From: Candidatus Kaiserbacteria bacterium
GTDB lineage: Bacteria > Patescibacteriota > Minisyncoccia > Phycocordibacterales > JABAAK01
Direction of reading: 5' to 3'
Length of the DNA: 64,000 nt
Assembly: GCA_028820405.1 (NCBI GenBank)
Contig: JAPPJI010000025.1
Coordinates: 609-64,608, forward strand
Position numbers and translations under genes: made by a program. Positions 39,942 to 49,296 of the stretch are shown here, piece by piece. Numbering within the stretch: the first letter of the stretch is position 1; every line of letters starts with the position of its first letter. The notes under the pieces were generated by a model, which saw only the letters and a list, made by a program, of their open reading frames with translations, ran no database searches and had not been told where the DNA came from.

Positions 39942-40115
39942 TTAAATAACAATACCCTCAAGCAATGTTGCATACCCACCATCTATTGCACCGAGCAAAA
40001 ATCCGGCGATGAATGCCGCAATGAGAACGATGACGGTCAGAATAAACGCACGGCGTATTGAAAGCCAGCGTATATATCGAAACTCACGATGTACCTGTGC
40101 AAAGTACCGAAACAT
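39942..40115 (-). CDS. secE: Preprotein translocase subunit SecE
   Basis: EFRYIRW plus single TM; tRNA-secE-nusG-rplK synteny. Confidence 0.85.
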   Translation of the reverse strand: MFRYFAQVHREFRYIRWLSIRRAFILTVIVLIAAFIAGFLLGAIDGGYATLLEGIVI

Positions 40116-40156
40116 TGCATACTGTATACCGTATATAGCAGTAACAGTCAATCAGG

Positions 40157-40238
40157 TGCCGGAGGCGGGACTCGAACCCACATACCGTAAGGTACACGAT
40201 TTTAAGTCGTGCGCGTCTACCAGTTTCGCCACTCCGGC
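40157..40238 (-). tRNA. tRNA-Leu (UAA)
   Basis: GCCGGAG/CTCCGGC acceptor, anticodon arm CACGA-CT TAA AA-TCGTG, long variable arm. Confidence 0.95.
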
Positions 40239-40301
40239 ATTGGTGCACAGTATATCGTAGTGCAAAAAAGAAAGGCCACCTACTCAGTAGGCAGCCTTTG
40301 G

Positions 40302-40826
40302 TTAATCCTTGCAAGGAACGGGAACATGAACGATGGTACGCTTCAGTTCAATATCCCACCCTCTTTCATTGTCAGCAGAAATGACACGCATCTTCGTCCG
40401 TCGCTTTGGCTTCATGCCGCAGGCGTCGGTGACGAAACGCCACTCCGAGTCCTCAAGGTTGTCCCACGCTTCATAAGAGACATTGTTAGCGGCAAAAGCA
40501 TTGTCCCCTATCGCAAGGGATCGAAATATCAGTATCGCCGAATCAAGTGTCATGCGCTCAAGTGTTGAGAAGAATACGTCCCTCTCAGGTCCCGTGATCG
40601 CCCCAGTCCGGACAATCTCCTTCTTAACTGCTTCAAGCAGGTCACTTCGCTCCAAGACGACGGTACTTCCTCCGTCCTCAATCTCTGAGATGACCCGCTC
40701 AACCGCATTGACGACCGCATCTTCGTGAGCGATGTTCGTTCTCGTACTGACCGAACCAATAGAGATGGGTTCAGCGGCAGCGAGACCGGTGAGGAGAAGG
40801 GTGCTTGTGAACAGTGCCAGCAGCAA
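40302..40826 (-). CDS. Secreted orphan protein
   Basis: SD AAAGGAG, TTG start, signal peptide ending LAAA. Confidence 0.7.
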   Translation of the reverse strand: MLLALFTSTLLLTGLAAAEPISIGSVSTRTNIAHEDAVVNAVERVISEIEDGGSTVVLERSDLLEAVKKEIVRTGAITGPERDVFFSTLERMTLDSAILIFRSLAIGDNAFAANNVSYEAWDNLEDSEWRFVTDACGMKPKRRTKMRVISADNERGWDIELKRTIVHVPVPCKD

Positions 40827-40921
40827 GATGAACTCCTTTCTTTATGAGGTGCAGGGATTTCTCTCCATATATTTTATACAATAAATAAATAAAAAAAGCA
40901 ATGTTTACAGGGGTTTTGTGC

Positions 40922-40957
40922 AAAAAAAAAGCCCCGCGTCCTCTCAAACGCGGGGCT
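40922..40957 (-). terminator. Intrinsic terminator of the 42293-40977 operon
   Basis: AGCCCCGCGT/ACGCGGGGCT stem plus long U-tract. Confidence 0.85.
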
Positions 40958-40976
40958 GATAACACACACTATCTCA

Positions 40977-41681
40977 CTAATTCCGCCCCTTTTGGAACAG
41001 GAAGCGGTACGCGAAGAACATGATGGCGATGACGAGAAGAGCAGACAGCACCCATACGCCAATAGCGATGAGGCCGATCCATTCACTGTCACTACCAGCG
41101 GTAGGGTCCGCCGGCTGAGTCGTGACACCAGAGTCATCTCCGTCAACAACGGCCGGCAGCGGGCTGCCACCGTTATCGTCAACAACGATCGGGTCCGCAT
41201 CAACGTGCGGAGCGGGAGCCGTCGCCACGTGCTGAGATTTCGCCTGCTTGGCCGAAGCCAGCACGGTCTCAGTCACGCTCTTGACCATGTCGTGGAAGAA
41301 CGGCAACGCCGAGTTGTAGTCGGAGTTGGTGTTCAGCGTAACTTTCAAGACGTAGTCACCCAAAGCTTCGATGACGGCAACTAGCTCGTCCGTCGTCAAA
41401 CCGGTGTCCCGGCCGCGGAAGTGTTCTTCCATGCACTTGGTGAAGACGTTCTCGTCCATTCCGCCGGACTGACCGCGCAACGTCACGTCGAGGCAGTTAC
41501 CTGCGACGACCTGGAAAGAGGTGGACACCTCACCGTCGATGTAGATCTTGTCCGACTGCTTGTTGGCCTCGGCCTCGATCTGAGCGGCCTTGTGAGCCAG
41601 CATCTTGTCGAGGACGTTCTCCGCCGAAGCGATGTTCACCCCGACGATCGTGATGAGTACTAACGAAAAGAAGCGGGTCAT
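40977..41681 (-). CDS. Secreted, C-terminally membrane-anchored orphan protein
   Basis: SD GAAGGAG, signal peptide (ASA), Pro/Asp linker, C-terminal TM and basic tail. Confidence 0.8.
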   Translation of the reverse strand: MTRFFSLVLITIVGVNIASAENVLDKMLAHKAAQIEAEANKQSDKIYIDGEVSTSFQVVAGNCLDVTLRGQSGGMDENVFTKCMEEHFRGRDTGLTTDELVAVIEALGDYVLKVTLNTNSDYNSALPFFHDMVKSVTETVLASAKQAKSQHVATAPAPHVDADPIVVDDNGGSPLPAVVDGDDSGVTTQPADPTAGSDSEWIGLIAIGVWVLSALLVIAIMFFAYRFLFQKGRN

Positions 41682-41696
41682 TGTAATTTCTCCTTC

Positions 41697-42293
41697 TTAT
41701 TTGGATTGGTTGAGACGAATCTGGGACCCGTCGCCGTGAATGATTTTCGTGTCCAGCCGAATGCCGCCGCCAATGTAGACACCTACCTGGCGCTTCTGCT
41801 CTTCGACTGCCGGAACTTCGATCTCTTCCTCTTCGTCAGTAGAACTGTCGTTGAGTTCGAGTACCGCGTCAACCTCAGGACCTTCGATAAGACCGAGTTC
41901 CTTCAGCTTGCGCAGTGTGTCAACCTGGTCGCCGGTCAGAGGACGGTCGTCCTCTTCCCACAGCGGAACCCGGTCACCTTCTTCAGCGTTATCGTTGACA
42001 CGCTGTAAGACGGTATTCACCTGCTCCTTCACGGACTGGACATCAGGGGCGTCCAAACCGCGAATCTTCAACGCGTTACCATATACACCAGTGGTGCTGG
42101 TAGAAACGTTGCCCTTCACGACCACATCGGCCTCATCCTCGATCTCCTTGAGCTCTTCAGCAGTCAGGGAAACCGACGGGAGGGGCGAGCCGTTGTCTTC
42201 GACGACGGCGGGCTTGTTGCCCAGCGAGTGGGCCGTAGCGCAACCCGTCAACGCGACGTAAGCGACGGTGAGGAATTGCAACAGAACTTTCAT
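41697..42293 (-). CDS. Acidic orphan lipoprotein
   Basis: SD AAAGGAG, lipobox ALTGC; promoter TTGACA...TATAAT at 42485-42460. Confidence 0.8.
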   Translation of the reverse strand: MKVLLQFLTVAYVALTGCATAHSLGNKPAVVEDNGSPLPSVSLTAEELKEIEDEADVVVKGNVSTSTTGVYGNALKIRGLDAPDVQSVKEQVNTVLQRVNDNAEEGDRVPLWEEDDRPLTGDQVDTLRKLKELGLIEGPEVDAVLELNDSSTDEEEEIEVPAVEEQKRQVGVYIGGGIRLDTKIIHGDGSQIRLNQSK

Positions 42294-42626
42294 GTTTGAT
42301 CTCCTTTTGGGTATGAGAAGAAAGAAATAGAGTGGTATAGAGAGTTGTGTGTGTTAAAATTCACCTCAACACAAAGCAGATAATCCACGTGCCAGACGTT
42401 CTGGACCGTTTCGTATCTCCTTTTTATGTAGATGTGTTGAGTTAATTTCTAACTACAAGATTATACAAAAGTGAAAAAATGTCAAGTTTTTCCTGTTTTA
42501 CCCCTATAAATACTGGATATTTTCAAAGTCCGCCAATCCACAAAGAAGGGAAAATGGTTGATTTTTAGGGTATACTTTAACTAAAAGACCGTCGTTTGCA
42601 AGGTCTTTTCTCCCCTACATTCCTAT

Positions 42627-44447
42627 ATGCGGAACCGTTACCTCCCACTGCAGCCTACAGCAGGCCTTATCGGCAAACTCCCCGCATCAGATCGCCTTAT
42701 TTTCTGCCTCCTTTTCCTTGCACTGGTCACTCAGTTTTTCTTCGTCCTGCATTACGCAAACCAAGCATACGTTATCGAGACGCCGCTTCGGGGGGGTACA
42801 TTGCGCGAAGGAACCGTCGGCGCTATTGCCCATCGAAACCCGATCTTTGCGAACAGCCCGGGGGAGAAAACGCTCGCAACCCTCCTCCACGCCGGACTCC
42901 TGAGGCGAACCCCTACCGGCACCCTGACAACCGAACTTGCTGAACATTGGCAGCAGGAAGGAAATCGGTTCACCTTTTGGATTCGCGGTACCGCGACATT
43001 CCATGACGGTTTTCCGGTCACTGCAAATGACGTTGTCCATACCATATCTATGATACGTGCCAGAGACCATGACCCACACAGCCCATGGCACGATGTCATC
43101 GCCGAGGAAAAAGACGAACAGACCGTCGTGGTCACTATCCCCGAAGGAAACCTCTTTTTCCCCGAACAGTTCACCGCACCGATTCTTCCGCAGCACGTTT
43201 GGAAAAAAATACCGACCGATCAGCAAAAAACATATCAGGGGTCCGGCGTGCACATCGGTGCAGGACCGTTTCGATATGAACGAGAGGTCTTTCAAGACAT
43301 TGAACAGCCAAAAAGTATTACGCTTTCAGCATACCCTGCGTACGTGTTCGGCCGACCGTACCTTGACCGCATTGTCATACACCTCTACGGATCACCATCT
43401 GACCTCGTCAGAGCATATCATCGGAATGAGATTGACGCACTGCACAGTATTTCCCCGTCAGAAATAGCTTTGATCACGCAACAGGGGAGCGGAACCCTCT
43501 ATACCGCATCAACCAACCGACTGTTCGGCATATTTTTTAACACTGAAGACGGTCATCTGCTGCAGGACCCTTTCCTGCGAAGTGTTCTCTCTCAGTACGT
43601 TGATCGGAATCGTATCGTTGGAGATGTTTTCCTGAATTTTGCAACGGCAACACAGGCACCGCTGCCATCTGATGCCGACACAGTCTGGCGGGACGTTACC
43701 CACAATGACCTTGCACAAACACTCGAAGACATCGGATGGATCATTGACCCTGAAAGTGGTGTCCGGGTGAAAAACGAAACGCCACTCCACCTTGCACTGG
43801 TGACCCCTGACGTACAAGACATGCGGTCAATCGCACAAATTATCACGGACGATTGGAGAGAGCTCGGTATTGCCGTTACGGTCACAGATCTCCCGCCGGA
43901 CCTCGTATCCATTGCAATACGTGACGGAACGTTTGACGCAACCTTGTACGGCTATGAGGCGGAAAAACCGACAGACCTGGTGCCGTTATGGCTCTCAAGT
44001 GATGCCGTCAACATTGCCATGGCGACAAACTTTGGAAGCCCAACCCTTAACAAGCTCCTCAATGATCTCGGGCAACAAGACCCGCCCGAACGCTTCTCCA
44101 CCGGCCAAACTGACAGATGGCGTTCTCTGGTGTATGATGAGGTTAAGGCAGAGATGCTTCAGAGTGTTCCCGCTGTATTTCTCTACTCGCCGCAATTCCT
44201 CTTTGTCATGCCAACAAGATTGAAAGGAATCGGGGCGGGGGGCAGATCTCTTGGTCACGTTACCGACCCCAGTGATCGGTTTATTGATGTCCATACGTGG
44301 CATACCCGACGGGAGCGGGTATGGCGTATCCTACAGCATCACCATCGTATTTATACCTATGACGACACGAAACAACGGCAGACGACAGGCACGAGGACAG
44401 CGGTCTCAGAGACGACCGCCCCATCGCCACGGTCAGCCTGGGAATAA
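42627..44447 (+). CDS. Family-5 (OppA/DppA-like) ABC substrate-binding protein, stand-alone
   Basis: GGTLREG, ATFHDGFPVTANDVVHT, IGAGPF, PYLDRI, PAVFLYSP; 3' end overlaps the next gene. Confidence 0.9.
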   Translation: MRNRYLPLQPTAGLIGKLPASDRLIFCLLFLALVTQFFFVLHYANQAYVIETPLRGGTLREGTVGAIAHRNPIFANSPGEKTLATLLHAGLLRRTPTGTLTTELAEHWQQEGNRFTFWIRGTATFHDGFPVTANDVVHTISMIRARDHDPHSPWHDVIAEEKDEQTVVVTIPEGNLFFPEQFTAPILPQHVWKKIPTDQQKTYQGSGVHIGAGPFRYEREVFQDIEQPKSITLSAYPAYVFGRPYLDRIVIHLYGSPSDLVRAYHRNEIDALHSISPSEIALITQQGSGTLYTASTNRLFGIFFNTEDGHLLQDPFLRSVLSQYVDRNRIVGDVFLNFATATQAPLPSDADTVWRDVTHNDLAQTLEDIGWIIDPESGVRVKNETPLHLALVTPDVQDMRSIAQIITDDWRELGIAVTVTDLPPDLVSIAIRDGTFDATLYGYEAEKPTDLVPLWLSSDAVNIAMATNFGSPTLNKLLNDLGQQDPPERFSTGQTDRWRSLVYDEVKAEMLQSVPAVFLYSPQFLFVMPTRLKGIGAGGRSLGHVTDPSDRFIDVHTWHTRRERVWRILQHHHRIYTYDDTKQRQTTGTRTAVSETTAPSPRSAWE

Positions 44448-46146
44448 GCAGGCCTTTATTCCGAGACCCGGACACAATGAGCTGCGCATTGTCACGCTCG
44501 GCGGTGTCTCAGAAATCGGAAAGAACATGTATGCCGTTGAGTACAACGACAGCATCATTCTCCTGGAATGCGGAACTATGTTCGGTGAGAGCGCCACACC
44601 CGGTATTGACGCCGTGATGCCGAACGTCCAATATCTCAAGAACAGAAAACAGGCACTGCAGGCACTTGTCCTCTCTGACGCTTCTTTGCAGCACACCGGT
44701 GCCATTGCCAACGTTGTTCGGGAACTCGGACCCTTTCCCATTTACTCGAGAAAACTGACGCAGGCAGTTGTCGAAAACCGGCTGCGACAATCTCGACGGT
44801 CACCGTCCCTTGATTTTCACCCGATTGAAGAAGAAACCTCGGTGAGTCTTCAGAACGGCATATCTCTTCACTTCTTCGGTGTCTCAGCCGGTTCTCCGAC
44901 AACACTCGGCGTTGTGATTGAAACACCGACCGGTTCGGTGGCATACACAGGATCACTCGGTCCGGACCACAAAGACGGCACGGTCTCCGCCGGTGAAGAG
45001 AAACGGTTTGCCCGTCTCAGAAACACGGATGTTCTTCTCAGTCTCGCAGATTCGGTGAACGCAGAACGTCCGGGGCTCTCTCTGACTGACGAGGCTGTCG
45101 CTACTGATGTGCTGAGTATGGTTGCAGAGGCTCCCGGTCGTGTTCTCGCTCCGCTCATCCATTCGCAGGTCAAACGAAACTGCACTATTATTGAAGGTGC
45201 GCTCAAACAAGGTCGCCGGGTGTATGTTGAAGATTCACTTCTCCTTGACAACTTGATGACGGCATGTGATCTCGGCATCACTGACGTGCCGAAAGAATCA
45301 ATTCGGTCAATCCAGGACCTTGATGAAACGAATGATTCAAAGAAAGTACTGCTCCTCTTTTCCGGCGGGGAAAACGAAGACTACCCGTCCCTTGAGAGAG
45401 TCTCGCTTGATATGAACAAACGCGTTAAAATTGAATACGACGACTCTGTTATCTTCCCGTCTCCAATTATTGCGGCAAGTGCGCGGGCAATTCAGGATAT
45501 GAAAGACCGACTCTCCCGGCTCGGTGCATCTATCCTGTCATACAACACCAGTGATGCACGGGGGAGTATTCACCCATCAAAAGATGAACTCAGCTGGATA
45601 CACCGGCAGAGCAATCCGAAGTTTTTCGTCCCGGTCCAGGGATACCACTACATGCTGACCGCACACACGCATATTCTGCAGAGCACCGGTATGGCAAAGG
45701 ACTCCTGCATCATTCCGGACAACGGATCCCTCATTGACATCAGCCCGGACGGATCATCGATGAAGGTACAGAAGCAGAAGGCATTGAGCACGCCGGTCTC
45801 TGCAGACGGTCACCTGTCCTCAATGGTGCAGGATGTCGTCATACAAGATCGACAGACACTCTCACAAGAAGGTGTTTTCATTGTCATTATCTTTATCGAC
45901 CAGCGACGTCTGACACTGAAAAAATCTCCTGATGTTATTTCCCGAGGGTTTGTCTATCTTCGAGAGTCTCGCGACCTTGTCTCGCATGCCCGCATCATCG
46001 TAAAGAAGGTTGCGGAACGGGAGGCAAAGAAAGCGGGTCGTATTGACATTGAAACCATGAAAAAAGCGGTTAAGAAGGAACTGCAGTCGTTCCTTATCGG
46101 CGAGACGAATAAACGTCCGATCGTTATCCCTGTTGTGTTTACCTAA
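44359..46146 (+). CDS. RNase J paralog with degenerate metal-binding motifs (probable pseudoenzyme)
   Basis: LGGVSEIGKNM and KSPDVISRGFVY retained; HxHxDH reads DASLQH. Confidence 0.88.
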   Translation: MTTRNNGRRQARGQRSQRRPPHRHGQPGNKQAFIPRPGHNELRIVTLGGVSEIGKNMYAVEYNDSIILLECGTMFGESATPGIDAVMPNVQYLKNRKQALQALVLSDASLQHTGAIANVVRELGPFPIYSRKLTQAVVENRLRQSRRSPSLDFHPIEEETSVSLQNGISLHFFGVSAGSPTTLGVVIETPTGSVAYTGSLGPDHKDGTVSAGEEKRFARLRNTDVLLSLADSVNAERPGLSLTDEAVATDVLSMVAEAPGRVLAPLIHSQVKRNCTIIEGALKQGRRVYVEDSLLLDNLMTACDLGITDVPKESIRSIQDLDETNDSKKVLLLFSGGENEDYPSLERVSLDMNKRVKIEYDDSVIFPSPIIAASARAIQDMKDRLSRLGASILSYNTSDARGSIHPSKDELSWIHRQSNPKFFVPVQGYHYMLTAHTHILQSTGMAKDSCIIPDNGSLIDISPDGSSMKVQKQKALSTPVSADGHLSSMVQDVVIQDRQTLSQEGVFIVIIFIDQRRLTLKKSPDVISRGFVYLRESRDLVSHARIIVKKVAEREAKKAGRIDIETMKKAVKKELQSFLIGETNKRPIVIPVVFT

Positions 46147-46159
46147 CCTATACTTACCT

Positions 46160-48001
46160 ATGAATACCAGATCAAAACAATCACCGAACAGAGATGAAGG
46201 AAAGAAGACCCCGCTTCCGCGAGGTCTCAGGCAAAAGCCGATTCGTCAGCAAGGACCGTTAGTCGGAACACGGGAGCTCTCTGTCAGCGGTGACGTATCG
46301 TCAACACTCGACATTCCGAAACCGGAAAAGGGTGCAGTGCGGGTTCTCTTCTTCGGCGGCTGCGGTGAGATTGGTAAGAACATGTACGGTCTTGAGTGTA
46401 ACGGCGAGATCCTCCTCCTTGACTGCGGAATGAAGTTCGCAACCGAAGACACGCTCGGTGTTGATTTTCTCGTCCCGAATATCCAGTACCTCGAAGAGCG
46501 AAAAGACATGATCAAAGGTCTTGTTATTTCACACGCCCACCTTGACCATATTGGCGGCATCCCGGTTGTCCTGGATCGAATCGGCAATCCGCCCATCTTC
46601 TCACGGCGACTGAGCATTGAGTTCATCAAAAGTCGCCAGGGTGAGTTTGAGCTGAAGAAACCCGCCATCTATCACGAAGTTGAAAAGGAGACGACGCGAA
46701 AACTCTCTGACACCTACACGCTCACCTTCTTTTCTGTCACCCACACTATTCCGGACTCTATGGGTATCGTTATCGATACACCCATGGGATCCGTCGTATT
46801 TACCGGAGACCTTAAGCTGGCACACGACGGCGGCGTGGTTGACCCGAGCGAAGAGAAGGCATTCTCAATATTTAAAGACAGAAATATTCTCCTGACTATG
46901 GCGGACTCAACCAATGCCGATCGTCCGGGGTTCTCTCTGCCGGAAAAGAAAGTGGTTGAAACAATCGGTGAGATTATTAAAACAACAAAAGGTCGTATTG
47001 TTCTCTGTTCATTCTCCTCTCAAATTGAAAGAACGATTCATGTTATTGAACATGCCATTGCAAACGGACGAAAAATCATTGTGCAGGGACGATCAATGAT
47101 TACCAGTCTTACCATCGCATTTGACCTCGGTCTCCTGAAGATTCCGCCAAACGCTATTGTTCCTGTTGAATCCATGGGTGACTACCCGAAGGACAAACTG
47201 TTAATCCTTGCAACCGGAGCTCAGGGAGACAACTTTACCGCCCTTGACCGCATGTCCCGCAGCAGCCATCGGCACATAAAGCTCACGAGTGATGACACGA
47301 TTGTTTTTTCCTCGTCAGTAATCCCAGGGAACGAAGAACCGGTACAAAACCTCAAAGACCGTCTCTCTCGGCTCGGGGTTAACCTCATTACGTATCAGAC
47401 AAGTGACGTGCACTCAAGCGGTCACGCAAATCGTGACGAGCTTCGCTGGATACATGAGCACATCGGCGCAACATTCTTTACCCCCATCCACGGCTACCAC
47501 TATATGCTCTCCGCCCACGCACAAATCCTCCAAGAAATTGGCATGCCGAAGGAAAACACTGTTCTGCCGGATAACGGGGCTATCCTTGACATCAGTCCGG
47601 ACGGAAAAACTATCACCAGACGTGAAGAGATGATGCCGACCGAATTAACCGTTGTCGACGGAAACGCAATAGGGACTGTGCAGGATGTTGTGCTTGATGA
47701 TCGAAAAACACTCAGAAGTGAGGGCATCTTCGTCGTTATCGTCCTTGTCGACCAGGCAGCAAAGCGGGTACGAAAATCTCCTGATGTTATTTCCCGAGGT
47801 TTCGTCTATCTTCGAGAATCACAGAAGCTGGTCAATCGGGCACGATTCCTTGCCAAGAAGACAACGGAACAGCACATGAAACGAAATCGATTTATCAACA
47901 TTGACTCCCTCAAGCGGTCACTCACGAAAGACGTTCAGAACTTTCTTTTCTCTGAGACGAAGAAACGACCCATCGTTATTCCTGTTGTCTTTGTTACGTA
48001 G
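46160..48001 (+). CDS. rnj: Ribonuclease J (catalytic motifs intact)
   Basis: GGCGEIGKNM, SHAHLDHIGG, VTHTIPD, TGDLK, DSTNA, HSSGHA, PIHG. Confidence 0.96.
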   Translation: MNTRSKQSPNRDEGKKTPLPRGLRQKPIRQQGPLVGTRELSVSGDVSSTLDIPKPEKGAVRVLFFGGCGEIGKNMYGLECNGEILLLDCGMKFATEDTLGVDFLVPNIQYLEERKDMIKGLVISHAHLDHIGGIPVVLDRIGNPPIFSRRLSIEFIKSRQGEFELKKPAIYHEVEKETTRKLSDTYTLTFFSVTHTIPDSMGIVIDTPMGSVVFTGDLKLAHDGGVVDPSEEKAFSIFKDRNILLTMADSTNADRPGFSLPEKKVVETIGEIIKTTKGRIVLCSFSSQIERTIHVIEHAIANGRKIIVQGRSMITSLTIAFDLGLLKIPPNAIVPVESMGDYPKDKLLILATGAQGDNFTALDRMSRSSHRHIKLTSDDTIVFSSSVIPGNEEPVQNLKDRLSRLGVNLITYQTSDVHSSGHANRDELRWIHEHIGATFFTPIHGYHYMLSAHAQILQEIGMPKENTVLPDNGAILDISPDGKTITRREEMMPTELTVVDGNAIGTVQDVVLDDRKTLRSEGIFVVIVLVDQAAKRVRKSPDVISRGFVYLRESQKLVNRARFLAKKTTEQHMKRNRFINIDSLKRSLTKDVQNFLFSETKKRPIVIPVVFVT

Positions 48002-48818
48002 CTGACTCACCGCAGAGGACATACCCTCCGCCACTTTTTTCAATCATCCCGTCACGAATCAATCCGCTGAGTGCCTGCTCCCACGTCTGCCGCGTGCAAG
48101 GAACTATGTGACGATCCGTTACCGAACAGGTACCGCTCACCAGCGTCTTGATGATGACACCTCGAGCCTGTCGAACCGATCCCTTGAATGTACCCTGCGA
48201 AGAAGTATTCCGACAACTCACTCGAATGCCGGACCGTTTGAGGTGTGCACCGTAGTCCATAAGAGCGGCATAGAGGTCACGGTACGCCAGTGATCGTCGC
48301 TCCGCTTCAGAAAGCAGACGCTCCATGACTGTTGCGATAGACGTGTCACTGACATCACTCTCACCGTGCATGCAATGGTGCACGACAACGGTCCGGATAT
48401 TTGTTTCAATTGCAATCGCCCGCTTGTTGTATGCAAAAATAACAATCGCCGCTGCAGTGTACGGACCGATCCCGGGGAGTGATCGGAGCGCTTCTTCATC
48501 TGACGGAACAATTCCGTCATGTTCACTCACAAGTAATTTCGCCGTGTTCTGCAGTGCAACTGCCCGTCGGTTATACCCAAGACCGACCCAACACGCAAGA
48601 ACATCTTGTCGCTTTGCACTTGCAAGATCGTGCACCGAAGGGAAGCGTGAGAGAAAGTTTGAAAATGCCTCAACGACACGACCGGTCTGTGTCTGCTGAA
48701 GCATGTACTCAGAAACGAGAACATGGTACGGATCATAGGATTGCCGCCACGGAAATGACCGGCGGTTATCTGTATCAAACTGCAGTACCTGAGAGAGAAG
48801 TGTGGAAACTGATGTCAT
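47994..48818 (-). CDS. HhH-GPD A/G-specific adenine glycosylase (short MutY-like, no 4Fe-4S motif)
   Basis: FPWR...PYHVLVSEYMLQQTQ, WVGLGYNRRA, LPGIGPYTAAA, ETNIR, LMDYG. Confidence 0.88.
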   Translation of the reverse strand: MTSVSTLLSQVLQFDTDNRRSFPWRQSYDPYHVLVSEYMLQQTQTGRVVEAFSNFLSRFPSVHDLASAKRQDVLACWVGLGYNRRAVALQNTAKLLVSEHDGIVPSDEEALRSLPGIGPYTAAAIVIFAYNKRAIAIETNIRTVVVHHCMHGESDVSDTSIATVMERLLSEAERRSLAYRDLYAALMDYGAHLKRSGIRVSCRNTSSQGTFKGSVRQARGVIIKTLVSGTCSVTDRHIVPCTRQTWEQALSGLIRDGMIEKSGGGYVLCGESAT

Positions 48819-48914
48819 GATTGATATGAGTATACGAACAAAACCCCCGGTCTCATAGTATGGACCGAGGGTTGTAAAAGAGAATTAGATGAGAACACGT
48901 TTGTGCTCAATGGT

Positions 48915-48972
48915 TATTGCAACAGTGTTACAATTTTTTACTTCAGCGTTGAATTGTAACGGTGTTACAATT
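48915..48972. repeat. Two tandem 21-bp palindromes, 37-bp period
   Basis: TATTGCAACAGTGTTACAATT (48915-48935) and AATTGTAACGGTGTTACAATT (48952-48972). Confidence 0.8.
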
Positions 48973-49296
48973 TTGTAGTAACCTAGTGTTGTGTGCACAG
49001 CTTTCGGCCGTGCGGAGCAAGGAAAAAGAACATGGTTAAAGATCAAATGACGAGGTGAGGTAAAGTCATTCGTATGAACAACTCGTGTCCCTCATTATGG
49101 TGTGTCACCCGTTAATTGTTATGTGCCGGGATATGATATTCCTCGTCTGCTTCCTATACTACCCCCTCCCGAATACATAACAGTTACTGTGTGGAAAAAA
49201 TACGGTTGGCTGTTTTCACCTTTACTTTTCCTAGGTTTTTTCAGAACTACAGTATGTCAAAATCACCTCTCAGTGAGCTGACAACCATTCTGATCA

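Noticed and set aside
44340-44447. 89-nt overlap of the SBP C-terminus with the RNase J paralog as a frameshift or fusion signal
   Set aside because: Both frames are complete; the tail looks like stop-codon drift and no slippery site is evident
48915-48972. Mini-CRISPR array, parS or dif site
   Set aside because: Only two units with a 16-nt gap, no cas genes, and no match to parS (TGTTTCACGTGAAACA) or dif consensus
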